From assembly GCA_002309475.1 (NCBI GenBank), contig DBXJ01000034.1, positions 5,741 to 69,740 of the forward strand: a DNA stretch of 64,000 nucleotides. The letters run 5' to 3'. Each line of letters opens with the position of its first letter. The first letter of the stretch is position 1. Positions 34,538-43,971 of the stretch are shown here, in pieces. The notes under the pieces were generated by a model. The model ran no database searches. It saw nothing but the letters and a program-made list of their open reading frames with translations, and was not told where the DNA came from. The stretch comes from Bacteroidales bacterium UBA1215. GTDB lineage: Bacteria > Bacteroidota > Bacteroidia > Bacteroidales > WCHB1-69. The translations under genes and the position numbers were made by a program.

Positions 34538-34568
34538 CGTAACACACATTACGGTAATACGTGTTACG
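34538..34568. promoter_or_regulatory. 31-nt imperfect palindrome in the ATPase leader
   Basis: cgtaacac-ac-attac-g-gtaat-ac-gtgttacg, with 8-bp outer and 5-bp inner arms. Confidence 0.6.
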
Positions 34569-34590
34569 TTTATAAAAATTCAAAGAAAAA

Positions 34591-35910
34591 ATGAAATTCT
34601 ATAATCGTGAAAAGGAGTTGCAGTTATTGCATGAAATTGAGGTTACATCGTGTGAACATTCGCAGATGACAGTATTGGTAGGACGGAGACGTATCGGGAA
34701 AACCAAACTACTACTGAAAGCCATTGAAGGCAAACCGTCTGTATATTTATTTGCCTCACGCAAAAGTGAAAGTATCCTTTGCCAACAATTTGTTGAAGAA
34801 GTGGAGCGATCGTTGAATATGCCTATTGGCCGGTACACGCGTATTGCCGCTCTCTTGGAACATTTGATGCGTATCTCAAAATATACTCCTTTCACGTTGA
34901 TTATAGATGAATTTCAAGAATTGGAGAAAATAGATTCCTCTATCATTGGCGACATACAACGGGTTTGGGACCTAAACAAAGACGAAAGCCGGATAAATTT
35001 ATTACTCAGCGGCAGTGTCTATTCCATGATGAAGCATATCTTTGAGGATGCAAAAGAACCGCTATTCTCTCGCGCAAGCCATATTATAAATTTAAAGGCT
35101 TTCAGCACCGACACACTGAAAACAATTCTTGCAGATTTCAATCCCCACTACACACAAGAAGACTTGCTTGCTCTTTACATGTTCACAGGTGGTGTAGCTT
35201 GGTATGTAGAACTGCTGATGACGGCCAAAGCATGGACGTGGAAAAAGATGATAGAGGTGATTTTTCAAGAACAGTCACTATTTATCAATGAAGGAAAAAA
35301 TCTGCTAATTGAGGAAATAGGAAAAGAATACAGCATCTATTTCTCCATATTGGAGTGCATTTCGCGAGGAATAAACACCCGGGGAGATATAGAAAATGCA
35401 ACAGGGGTGAAGGAAATCGGCGGCTACCTTAGCAAATTAGAGAAAGACTTCGGTATTATTGCTCAGTTGCGTCCGATATTTAGCAAACCGGCTTCCAAAA
35501 CCGTCAAATATACTATCTCTGATAACTTCTTGACGATTTGGTTCCGATTTTTCTACAAATACATGAATTATGTAGAATCCGATAACTTTACACTACTGAG
35601 AAAGATGGTCAAGAGAGACTATCAGACTTGTTCCGGTATTATGTTGGAGCGATATTTCCGTCAACAAGCTAAAGAATCCGGCAAATACACAGATATCGGA
35701 CAATTCTGGGACAAGAAAGGACAACACGAAATTGACATAATCCTTGTTAATGAGCAAGAACAACTTCTTCGTATAGGAGAAATCAAACGCCAAGCAAAAA
35801 ACATTGATTTCTACGCCTTACAAAATAAAATAGATCATTTCTTGTCTCTACACCCCCAACTTCAGCAATATACAAAAGAAATTCTTACATTATCAATGAA
35901 AGATATGTAA
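34591..35910 (+). CDS. AAA-type ATP-binding protein (Arch_ATPase + DUF234-like architecture)
   Basis: MKFYNREKELQLL start, Walker A GRRRIGKTKLL and Walker B LIIDEFQE. The 439-aa length and layout are typical of the PF01637/DUF234 ATP-binding proteins common in Bacteroidales. Confidence 0.8.
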   Translation: MKFYNREKELQLLHEIEVTSCEHSQMTVLVGRRRIGKTKLLLKAIEGKPSVYLFASRKSESILCQQFVEEVERSLNMPIGRYTRIAALLEHLMRISKYTPFTLIIDEFQELEKIDSSIIGDIQRVWDLNKDESRINLLLSGSVYSMMKHIFEDAKEPLFSRASHIINLKAFSTDTLKTILADFNPHYTQEDLLALYMFTGGVAWYVELLMTAKAWTWKKMIEVIFQEQSLFINEGKNLLIEEIGKEYSIYFSILECISRGINTRGDIENATGVKEIGGYLSKLEKDFGIIAQLRPIFSKPASKTVKYTISDNFLTIWFRFFYKYMNYVESDNFTLLRKMVKRDYQTCSGIMLERYFRQQAKESGKYTDIGQFWDKKGQHEIDIILVNEQEQLLRIGEIKRQAKNIDFYALQNKIDHFLSLHPQLQQYTKEILTLSMKDM

Positions 35911-36036
35911 TTTATTTGCATTTTTCTAACATAAATCCTTTCTTATCATCTGTTTGTGTGGTACTTATAAATTCAAAATCGTAACATACATTACGGTAAT
36001 ATATGTTACGTTTGCTAAAAAGAACATAGCAAAATG
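35905..36036 (+). repeat. cassette spacer copy B (downstream of ATPase gene; decayed promoter, no gene behind it)
   Basis: Same 20-nt start (overlapping the ATPase last codon and stop, atg taa). The -7 box has decayed to tacttata and the palindrome is conserved. It ends at an ATG (36034) opening only a 23-codon ORF. Confidence 0.7.
35980..36010. repeat. second copy of the 31-nt palindrome with compensatory arm change
   Basis: cgtaacata-c-attac-g-gtaat-a-tatgttacg. The arm pair c/g of copy A is replaced by t/a, so symmetry is preserved. Confidence 0.6.
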
Positions 36037-36132
36037 GATTTTTACTGCGGATTTGTCTATAAAATGAATATATGCAAAACTATTTGCATTAAGAATTCAA
36101 AGTAAGCTCTTTTCGATTCAAAGCATCGGATT

Positions 36133-38316
36133 TTATTCGTTTACAAACACAAAATCCATTTGTTTTTTAGTTTGATCAACAGCTTTTACCTTCACGCTGA
36201 CAGCATCTCCCAAGCGGATGGTTTTGCCGCTGTGTTGTCCGATATAGCGATAGTTTTCTTCGTCATAATAGTAGAAATCGTCTGTCAGCGTTTTCACTGA
36301 CACCATTCCCTCGCATTTGGAATCATCCAACTGCACCCAGATGCCCCATTTGCTGACACCGGAGACGACACCGTCGAACACTTGCCCGATCTTGTCGGAC
36401 AAAAACTCCGCCTGCTTGTATTTAATAGAATTTCTTTCTGCCTCGGTTGCCTTTTGTTCCATATCGGAAGCATGTTTGCATTTTTCTTCCAATTCCTCTT
36501 TGTTGACAGAAGGTTTTCCGGTTAAATAACGGGTTAACAAACGATGCACCATCAAATCGGGATATCGGCGGATAGGAGATGTAAAATGTGTATAATATTT
36601 AAATGCCAAACCATAATGTCCAATATTGTCGGTGGAATACACAGCTCGCTGCATGGTTCTAATCGCCAGAGTTTGTATCATGTTTTGCTCTTGCCTGCCC
36701 TGTATATCTTTCAACAAACCATTCATTGATGCAGATAAATTCTTGCTGCCGGACAGACGCATTTGGTAGCCGATTCTTTCCAAGAAGGTATTAAAAGTAT
36801 TGATTTTTTCATCAGAAGGTTTGTCGTGAACACGATAGACAAAACTTTTGGTCTCCTGATTTTGGGCTACCTTGCCGATTTTCTCTGCCACTTTGCGATT
36901 GGCTAACAACATAAAATCTTCTATCAATTGATGTGAATCGGTGTTTTCACATATATAAACGCCTATCGGTTTGGCATTTTCGTCTAAGATAAATTTCACT
37001 TCCTCTGTGGCGAAATCAATAGCCCCATGGTCAAAACGCTCTTTTCGGAGTATTTTTGCCAGTCGGTCCAAGGTGAGAATTTCTTCGGCGAATTCACCTT
37101 TTTTAGTCTCAATAATTTCCTGCACTTCCTCATAATTAAAGCGTCTATCGGAATTGATGATCGACCTGCCTATCCATTGCTTATGGATTTTTGCTTGGTC
37201 GTCTAATTCAAAAACAACCGAATAGCACAATTTATCTTCATGGGGTCGCAATGAACAAAGCAGGTTGCACAATTTTTCCGGCAACATGGGATAGGTTCTA
37301 TCCACCAAATAGACGGAAGTGCCCCGTTGATAGGCTTCTTGATCTATTGCCCCGCCTTCTTTCACATAAAAAGATACATCGGCAATATGTACACCCACTT
37401 GATAGTGCCCGTTTTCCATTTTTTTAAAAGACAAGGCATCGTCAAAATCTTTTGCATCAGCAGGATCGATGGTGAAAGTGAGCACATTGCGGAAATCTCT
37501 ACGGGCATACAATTCTTTTTCCGGAATCGTGGTGGAAATATTTTCCGCCTCCCTCTCTGCTGCTTTCGGAAATTCCAAAGCAAAATTTTGGTCTATCAAA
37601 ATAGACTTCATCTCCACATCGTTGTTGCCAGGATATCCCAATACCTGCTTTACGTTTCCAAAAGGATTTTTCACATGGTCGGACCATTCTGTAATTTCCA
37701 CTACCACCTTTTGCCCGTTTTTGGCACCGTGAAGGTTTTCCCGTGGAATTAATATGTCAATAGGCATATTAACATCATCAGGAATAAAATAAGGAATTGT
37801 TCGAGAATAATTAATCGTGCCTACAAACAGTTTTTTGCTACGTTCCAATATCTCCACTACGCGGCCTTCCGGATGTTTGCCGTTACGGGCGGGAAACAAC
37901 TGCACCTTCACCCGGTCACCATTGAGAGCATGATGGGTATTGTTGGCAGCAATAAAAACATCTTCAATTTCAGGATTTTCTGACAATAGGTAGGCTTTGC
38001 CTGTAGGTTTCATCAGCAAACGACCTTCCAAAATATTGTCAGGATTCATTTCTACATGAATAGGATTGAGTTTGAATTTGCCTCTTTGACCGACTACCAA
38101 CACTTGATGCTGCAACATATCGGTAATCGTTTTTTTGACCAATTCCCTGTCACTTTTATCGTTAATACCTAATTGTGCAGAAACTTGCTTATAGTTAAAA
38201 TACTGATATGGATTTTTAGAAAAAACTGCCAACACCTGTGCTTCAAACAAGGTATTCGTTGTAAATTTATCCGATTTCTGTCTTTTTCTTGCCATAAATA
38301 TTAATGTTTTGTCCAC
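36133..38316 (-). CDS. rnr: ribonuclease R
   Basis: N-terminal wHTH/cold-shock-like region, an RNB catalytic domain (..DPADAKDFDDALS.., ..HFTSPIRRYPDLMVHR..) and a C-terminal S1 domain (GVVSGVSKWGIWVQL). The alternative start MARKRQK at 38295 avoids overlap with the upstream ORF. Confidence 0.9.
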   Translation of the reverse strand: MDKTLIFMARKRQKSDKFTTNTLFEAQVLAVFSKNPYQYFNYKQVSAQLGINDKSDRELVKKTITDMLQHQVLVVGQRGKFKLNPIHVEMNPDNILEGRLLMKPTGKAYLLSENPEIEDVFIAANNTHHALNGDRVKVQLFPARNGKHPEGRVVEILERSKKLFVGTINYSRTIPYFIPDDVNMPIDILIPRENLHGAKNGQKVVVEITEWSDHVKNPFGNVKQVLGYPGNNDVEMKSILIDQNFALEFPKAAEREAENISTTIPEKELYARRDFRNVLTFTIDPADAKDFDDALSFKKMENGHYQVGVHIADVSFYVKEGGAIDQEAYQRGTSVYLVDRTYPMLPEKLCNLLCSLRPHEDKLCYSVVFELDDQAKIHKQWIGRSIINSDRRFNYEEVQEIIETKKGEFAEEILTLDRLAKILRKERFDHGAIDFATEEVKFILDENAKPIGVYICENTDSHQLIEDFMLLANRKVAEKIGKVAQNQETKSFVYRVHDKPSDEKINTFNTFLERIGYQMRLSGSKNLSASMNGLLKDIQGRQEQNMIQTLAIRTMQRAVYSTDNIGHYGLAFKYYTHFTSPIRRYPDLMVHRLLTRYLTGKPSVNKEELEEKCKHASDMEQKATEAERNSIKYKQAEFLSDKIGQVFDGVVSGVSKWGIWVQLDDSKCEGMVSVKTLTDDFYYYDEENYRYIGQHSGKTIRLGDAVSVKVKAVDQTKKQMDFVFVNE

Positions 38317-38645
38317 TGTTTGGTGGTGGATTGATAAACCTTTGTTTGTCCGTCTTTCAAGACAAACGACAACTCATAAGTAGTATCATTAATAATTTGA
38401 TAATGAAACAATTCTTCTATCGACTCATCGTCAGGATACAATACCAACAAATCTTTCGGCAATGTTTGATGCTTCTTTTGGTATTTATCCAATCTGCCGA
38501 CAATTTCTTTGCCATAACGAGTAACGGTATTTTCAAACATATCGTCATTTTTGTAGATGGCAATAATCACCATCACCGCTATGGAGACTATCAATATCAA
38601 TGCCGACAAAGATACTTTCATATTCCAACGAGTCTTTCCTTTCAT
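38301..38645 (-). CDS. hypothetical small membrane-anchored protein
   Basis: 114-aa ORF with one N-terminal TM helix (LSALILIVSIAVMVIIAIY). No family recognised. Confidence 0.45.
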   Translation of the reverse strand: MKGKTRWNMKVSLSALILIVSIAVMVIIAIYKNDDMFENTVTRYGKEIVGRLDKYQKKHQTLPKDLLVLYPDDESIEELFHYQIINDTTYELSFVLKDGQTKVYQSTTKQWTKH

Positions 38646-38697
38646 AATGGTTAATTATTTGTTTGCATTTTATATCACTTTTTTACTATTTGATGTT

Positions 38698-39402
38698 TTA
38701 TTCATGCAAAACTGTCCGCAATACATCTAAAGAATGCAAAGCAGACAAATCTATTATATGTACTGTATAATATTTCAACAAGGTGTCTAACAATGAATTA
38801 CGAATACTATATGGGACAATATCCGCTTGTGAGGTTGGAAAAATCGGACTATTGAGCAACTCGTGCAAATAATAAGCTGTCATTTTATCCATTTCGTTGG
38901 CAGTTTGTTGCTCAAAGCGAGCATCAATAATATTAAAAACGCTACCTTGAGAATAATTGTCCATAGGCATAGAACCCAAACGCATAGCACTATGCAACAA
39001 AAATCGTAAATGAAAATCCGGTGAAAAACTATGGCTATAAAAATCCTGCAAAGTTTGATAAAAGAAATCAAACAAATCGGCATCTTCACCGGCATTGAAC
39101 AGCAATTTGTATAGCACTTCGTTGATAAACATGGCAACGGCAGTCTTCGTTAACTCGTAACCTTCACTACTGACTGAAGATATATATTGTACATCTTTCA
39201 AAAAGGCAAAATCGGAAGCATGTTTTTTCTCACTACAAAAATTCACCAACGTCATCGGCTGCAAAGCCGCCACATTGCTCCCTTTGGACTTACGATAGCA
39301 CATATAGGAGTTGGTGCCGGTTTCGGTATAGATTTTGACAATATCTTTATTGTCATTGAAATCAAATTTCCGTAATACTATGCCTTTTACTTTTTCTACC
39401 AT
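38698..39402 (-). CDS. recO: DNA repair protein RecO
   Basis: N-terminal OB-fold-like VKGIVLRKFDFNDNKDIVKIYTETG; 234 aa. It lies directly downstream of era (the era stop abuts the recO start), the conserved era-recO linkage. Confidence 0.75.
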   Translation of the reverse strand: MVEKVKGIVLRKFDFNDNKDIVKIYTETGTNSYMCYRKSKGSNVAALQPMTLVNFCSEKKHASDFAFLKDVQYISSVSSEGYELTKTAVAMFINEVLYKLLFNAGEDADLFDFFYQTLQDFYSHSFSPDFHLRFLLHSAMRLGSMPMDNYSQGSVFNIIDARFEQQTANEMDKMTAYYLHELLNSPIFPTSQADIVPYSIRNSLLDTLLKYYTVHIIDLSALHSLDVLRTVLHE

Positions 39403-40293
39403 TTAACTACCGTAACCGAATTTTTTTAATCTACTGTCGTCATTACGCCAGTCTTTCTGAACTTTTACACTCAACGACAAAAACACTTTGCTGCCAATAA
39501 AGTCTTCAATCGCCAATCTGGACTGTGTTCCCAATTCTTTGATAGCCGCTCCTTGATGTCCTAAAATAATGGCTTTCTGACTTTCTCGTTCTACATATAT
39601 TGTTGATTCTATTCTTGTTATATTTTGTTCTTCTTTATAACTCGTCACCACCACTTCCACTCCATAAGGAATTTCTTTCTTATACAGCAAGAGTATTTTC
39701 TCTCGAATAATCTCCGATACAAAAAACCGCATAGAACGGTCAGTAAGTTCGTCTTTTGGAAAATAAGGAGGTGCCACCGGCAAACATTCCACCACTGCCT
39801 CCACCACCGATGACACATTGTCATCTTTCAAAGCAGAAATACAACAAGTTTTTTTAGGATGTATCAATGCTTCCCAATACTGTCGGCATCGCTCAATTTC
39901 TTCTGCCGACACCTTGTCTATCTTATTAATGATTAAAATAATGGGAATAGTCAAATGGCTCATCTCTTCTACAAGTGCTTCATGGTGATTTTTCTCACCT
40001 ACTTCTACCATATATAGCAGAATATCACTATCTTGCAGAGCCGTTTCTACATATTGCATCATGTATTCCTGCATTTTGTAACTCGGCTTCAACACTCCCG
40101 GTGTATCAGAATAGACTATTTGAAAATCTTCTCCATTAACAATGCCCATAATTCTATGACGAGTGGTTTGGGCTTTGTTGGTGATGATAGACAATCGCTC
40201 ACCTACCAAAATATTCATCAAAGTGGATTTTCCTACGTTTGGATTACCCAAAATGCTGACAAAACCTGCCTTATGTTTTTTTTCTTCTTCCAT
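39403..40293 (-). CDS. era: GTPase Era
   Basis: G1 GNPNVGKST, G3 DTPG, G4 NKID and a C-terminal KH domain. Confidence 0.95.
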   Translation of the reverse strand: MEEEKKHKAGFVSILGNPNVGKSTLMNILVGERLSIITNKAQTTRHRIMGIVNGEDFQIVYSDTPGVLKPSYKMQEYMMQYVETALQDSDILLYMVEVGEKNHHEALVEEMSHLTIPIILIINKIDKVSAEEIERCRQYWEALIHPKKTCCISALKDDNVSSVVEAVVECLPVAPPYFPKDELTDRSMRFFVSEIIREKILLLYKKEIPYGVEVVVTSYKEEQNITRIESTIYVERESQKAIILGHQGAAIKELGTQSRLAIEDFIGSKVFLSLSVKVQKDWRNDDSRLKKFGYGS

Positions 40294-40294
40294 A

Positions 40295-40789
40295 TCAATA
40301 ATCTATCTTTCCACTACTTTTTTTCCACATTTCCAATGGCTTGGATGAATCCAAATCGGTAATATGTATGGTTTTCAGATGTCGCAATTCCATTTTTAAG
40401 TTAATCTCTTGATAAATAAATTCATCATCAAAGCCTGCATCGGCTGCTTGAAATCTGTCGGCAGCAAACACCAATCTTGCCGGACGAGCCCAATAAATGG
40501 CACCTAAACACATAGGACAAGGCTCACAACTTGCATAAATAGTACAACCTTCCAACTGAAAAGCATTCAATTGACTACAAGCATTTCTAATAGCTGTCAC
40601 CTCTGCATGTGCGGTAGGATCGTTGTTGGCAGTTACCCTATTGGCACCTGTTGCCACTATTTTTCCGTCCTTAACGACTATAGCAGCAAATGGTCCTCCT
40701 TGGCTTTCAACATTTTTTACTGCCAAATCGATTGCCTGTTGCAGAAAATACCTATCCTCATCCTTTTGACACATAACTCTTTTTTGCAA
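40295..40789 (-). CDS. nucleoside (guanine/cytidine-type) deaminase, CMP/dCMP deaminase zinc-binding family
   Basis: HAEVTAIRNA ... CEPCPMCLGAIYWAR zinc site. The N-terminal GGPFAAIVVKDGKIV resembles GuaD-type guanine deaminases. Confidence 0.8.
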   Translation of the reverse strand: MQKRVMCQKDEDRYFLQQAIDLAVKNVESQGGPFAAIVVKDGKIVATGANRVTANNDPTAHAEVTAIRNACSQLNAFQLEGCTIYASCEPCPMCLGAIYWARPARLVFAADRFQAADAGFDDEFIYQEINLKMELRHLKTIHITDLDSSKPLEMWKKSSGKIDY

Positions 40790-40932
40790 AAATATCTAAA
40801 ATTTATGACACTTATGACACTCTTGTTAAATTTTTATACACATATTTGAGTGAAAATTTTTTATAAATTGCTTTTTGATGCTATGTCATTTCTATACTAA
40901 ATAAATAGACAAAAAATGCCGAAAAAAAATTG

Positions 40933-40940
40933 TACTTTTG
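40933..40940 (+). promoter_or_regulatory. -7 promoter box for the MATE transporter gene
   Basis: TACTTTTG lies inside the ORF-track extension, 16 nt upstream of the ATG at 40957. Confidence 0.5.
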
Positions 40941-40956
40941 CAAAATTGACTACAAG

Positions 40957-42279
40957 ATGAAAACTTCCATCAGCAACAAAGAAATTTGGCGAATTGCATG
41001 CCCTATCATGTTAGGGTTTATGACACAAACCATCATTTCTTTCACCGACACAGCCTTTTTGGGGCACTTGGGCATGATAGAACTCAGTGCCTCCATGATG
41101 GCAGGTATGTACTATTTTGTTTTCACTACCTTAGCCATGGGGTTTGCTGTCGGCATACAAATTTTTATTGCCAGACGCTATGGAGAAGGAAACTTTTCTA
41201 ATATCGGAAAAATATTTTTTCATGGTGCCTTTTTTGTTTTTCTATTAGGATTGGCACTATTGAGTATTCTCTATTTCAGTAGCGGACTATTGTTAGATAA
41301 AATTATCAGTTCCGACAATATATACACCTCTGCAAAAACATATCTTAATTTCCGTCAATTTGGAATTATGTTTGTGGTGTTCAACTTTTTGTTCCGCTCG
41401 CTCTATGTAGGAATTTCCAACACCAAAGCCATCACCCTGTCAACAGTCATTATGGCCATTGTAAACATATTTTTAGATTATGCTCTTATTTTTGGTCACT
41501 GGGGATTTGCACCAATGGGAATTGCAGGAGCCGCCATTGCATCTTTATCGGCGGAAATATCAGCATGCTTGTTTTTTATCATATATACCTATTTTGCTGT
41601 GCCACAAAAATATGAAATTTTCAAATTTCATTCTATCGACAAATCATTGATGAGTAATCTTATCAAAATTGCATTTCCAAGCATGCTACAACGTCTTGCC
41701 TCTTTTGGTTCTTGGTTTGTATTTTTTATTATGATAGAAAAGATGGGAGAAATGGCAATCGGCATATCCTCCTTGGTTCGAAGTGTGTATATGGTGCTCG
41801 TTATTCCTTCATTTGCCTTCGCCTCAACTGCCAATACTCTTACAAGCAGATTGATCGGTGAAGGTCGTAGCGAAGAAGTGTTTTCTACGCTATGGAAAAT
41901 TATTAAAAACAGTGTTCTCTGTGCATTGCCCTTAGCTTTGATTGTTTGTATTATCCCATTGCAAGTTATACAAATTTATACCGATGATATTACATTGGCC
42001 ACACTGGCACAACCCACCATTTATATAATAGCCGTTGCCACGTTGATACTTTCAGGCAGCACCATTTTCTTCGAATCTGTTTCAGGCACCGGCAACACAC
42101 ATGCCGCCTTTGTAATAGAATGTAGCATCATCGGCACCTATTTAATCTACATTTATTTCATGTCAATCTTAGTTCCTATCCATTTTGTCTGGACTGCAGA
42201 ATGGCTCTACAATTTTTTCATTGGTCTATTTTCTTTCATCTATCTCAAAAAAGCTCCTTGGCAAAAGAAAAAACTCTAA
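40957..42279 (+). CDS. MATE family efflux transporter
   Basis: 12-TM layout with N-terminal EIWRIACPIMLGFMTQTIISFTDTAFLGHLG, typical of MatE repeats. Start corrected from 40930. Confidence 0.85.
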   Translation: MKTSISNKEIWRIACPIMLGFMTQTIISFTDTAFLGHLGMIELSASMMAGMYYFVFTTLAMGFAVGIQIFIARRYGEGNFSNIGKIFFHGAFFVFLLGLALLSILYFSSGLLLDKIISSDNIYTSAKTYLNFRQFGIMFVVFNFLFRSLYVGISNTKAITLSTVIMAIVNIFLDYALIFGHWGFAPMGIAGAAIASLSAEISACLFFIIYTYFAVPQKYEIFKFHSIDKSLMSNLIKIAFPSMLQRLASFGSWFVFFIMIEKMGEMAIGISSLVRSVYMVLVIPSFAFASTANTLTSRLIGEGRSEEVFSTLWKIIKNSVLCALPLALIVCIIPLQVIQIYTDDITLATLAQPTIYIIAVATLILSGSTIFFESVSGTGNTHAAFVIECSIIGTYLIYIYFMSILVPIHFVWTAEWLYNFFIGLFSFIYLKKAPWQKKKL

Positions 42280-42344
42280 ATTTCAATACTATACATAAAG
42301 AAAAAACTTTCTTTGAAATCTTTGCCCATTTCAACAAAAAGTTG

Positions 42345-42352
42345 TATATTTG
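42345..42352 (+). promoter_or_regulatory. -7 promoter box for glnA
   Basis: TATATTTG lies 55 nt upstream of the ATG at 42408. Confidence 0.45.
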
Positions 42353-42407
42353 CAAATTACTTTCATTTGAAATATTAAAAAAATAAAATACAATAAATAA
42401 ATTAGGT

Positions 42408-43913
42408 ATGAGTACAGCAGAAAAAAATTACCTTAACCCATTGGTTAAGTTTTTAGGCAAGAACCCTGACGAATTTACAAAGAAAGACATTCTTCAATAC
42501 ATCAAAGAGAATGACATTGCAATTGTTGATTTTCACTATGTTGGTGGAGATGGACGTATCAAAACGCTCAACTTTGTTGTTTCAGATGAAGAATACATTG
42601 AACAAGTGCTTACTTTCGGCGAACGCGTAGATGGTTCTAGTTTATTCTCCTTTGTACAAGCAGGCTCCAGCGATTTATATGTAATTCCTCGCTTCAGCAC
42701 AGCTTTTGTAGACCCATTCAACGAACTGCCGACACTTGGCATCATGTGTTCGTATTATACAAAAGACGGTCAACCATTGGAAATTTCTCCGGAACATGTT
42801 TTACACAAAGCAGCAGCATCTTTTACAAAAGTTACCGGCATGAAATTCCAAACGATGGGCGAATTGGAATACTATGTCATCGGTGATGAAGAAGATTTAT
42901 TCAAAGCCACCGACCAAAAAGGTTATCATGAATCAAGTCCTTTCACCAAGTTTGAAAGCTTCCGCAGAGAATGCATGTATCAAATTGCAAAAGCCGGCGG
43001 CATGATAAAATATGGTCACTCCGAAGTCGGCAATTTTACATTAGACGGCAGAATCTACGAACAAAATGAGATAGAATTTTTGGTTACAGATGTAGAACAA
43101 TCAGCATTACAGCTTATTATGGCTAAATGGATTATCCGTCGTTTGGCTTATGAATATGGATTAGATGTTACCTTTGCACCAAAAATCACTGTCGGAAAAG
43201 CCGGAAGCGGCATGCACATTCACACTCGCATTGTAGATAACAATGGTAAAAATGCCATGGTGACAGACGGACAATTGAACGAAACTGCTCGCAAAGCCAT
43301 CGCCGGCTACATGGAATGTGCTCCATCTTTAACAGCATTCGGCAATATGAATCCGACTTCTTATTTCCGTTTGGTTCCACATCAAGAAGCTCCTACTACC
43401 GTTTGTTGGGGTGACAGAAATCGTTCTGTATTGGTACGTGTTCCTCTCGGATGGACTGCCAAAACCGACATGGTTTCCAACGAAAATCCATTAGAAACAC
43501 CAACTACAACCGATGGTTCGCAAAAACAAACTGTTGAATTCAGATGTCCGGACGGCTCTGCCAACATTTATTTGCTATTGGCAGGCTTGACAGTTGCCGC
43601 TCGTACCGGTTGGGAAATGGAAAATGCTTTAGACAAAGCAAAAGAAACCTATGTAGATGTTAATATTTTCGAAGATAAATATAAAGATTTGGTGGCTAAC
43701 TTAAAGAGTCTGCCAACATCTTGCTGGGAATCTGCAGAAATGTTAAACAGCCAAAGAGCTATCTTTGAAAAATACGATGTATTTACACCGGAAATTATCA
43801 ATGGTGTAATTGATATCTTAAAATCTCACAATGACAAGAATCTACGACAAGAATTAGAACAAAATCCTGACAAAATGATGGAGATTGTTAAAGAATTTTA
43901 TCATTGTGGTTAA
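42408..43913 (+). CDS. glnA: glutamine synthetase (type I-like, ~500 aa form)
   Basis: Beta-grasp N-domain and a catalytic domain with ..FAPKITVGKAGSGMHIHTR.. and ..NRSVLVRVP.. blocks. Confidence 0.85.
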   Translation: MSTAEKNYLNPLVKFLGKNPDEFTKKDILQYIKENDIAIVDFHYVGGDGRIKTLNFVVSDEEYIEQVLTFGERVDGSSLFSFVQAGSSDLYVIPRFSTAFVDPFNELPTLGIMCSYYTKDGQPLEISPEHVLHKAAASFTKVTGMKFQTMGELEYYVIGDEEDLFKATDQKGYHESSPFTKFESFRRECMYQIAKAGGMIKYGHSEVGNFTLDGRIYEQNEIEFLVTDVEQSALQLIMAKWIIRRLAYEYGLDVTFAPKITVGKAGSGMHIHTRIVDNNGKNAMVTDGQLNETARKAIAGYMECAPSLTAFGNMNPTSYFRLVPHQEAPTTVCWGDRNRSVLVRVPLGWTAKTDMVSNENPLETPTTTDGSQKQTVEFRCPDGSANIYLLLAGLTVAARTGWEMENALDKAKETYVDVNIFEDKYKDLVANLKSLPTSCWESAEMLNSQRAIFEKYDVFTPEIINGVIDILKSHNDKNLRQELEQNPDKMMEIVKEFYHCG

Positions 43914-43923
43914 ACAATTTTTT

Positions 43924-43956
43924 AATGCACATCTCGTTAAGAGATGTGCATTTTTT
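43924..43956 (+). terminator. rho-independent terminator after glnA
   Basis: aatgcacatctc pairs with gagatgtgcatt (12-bp stem, loop gttaa), followed by T6. Confidence 0.75.
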
Positions 43957-43971
43957 AATTAAAAGACACTC

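Larger units (their letters stand above)
34461..34590 (+). repeat. cassette spacer copy A (upstream of ATPase gene)
   Basis: Begins atgtaatttatttgcatttt, identical to 35905..35924. Contains the promoter module and the 31-nt palindrome. 130 nt to the ATG, versus 129 nt in copy B. Confidence 0.75.

Noticed and set aside
34538-34568. Is the 31-nt palindrome an integron attC site (cassette recombination site)?
   Set aside because: The ends (tcgtaac / gttacgt) do not fit the RYYYAAC / GTTRRRY core sites. No integron integrase gene is present, and the element lies downstream of a promoter in a leader rather than at a cassette 3' end only.
36034-36105. 23-codon ORF (MDFYCGFVYKMNICKTICIKNSK) behind spacer copy B, considered as a real small gene or a pseudogene of a second ATPase.
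   Set aside because: Similarity to the ATPase start is limited to about four codons, and the promoter box in front has decayed. The evidence is insufficient to annotate it. It is mentioned only as a possible remnant.
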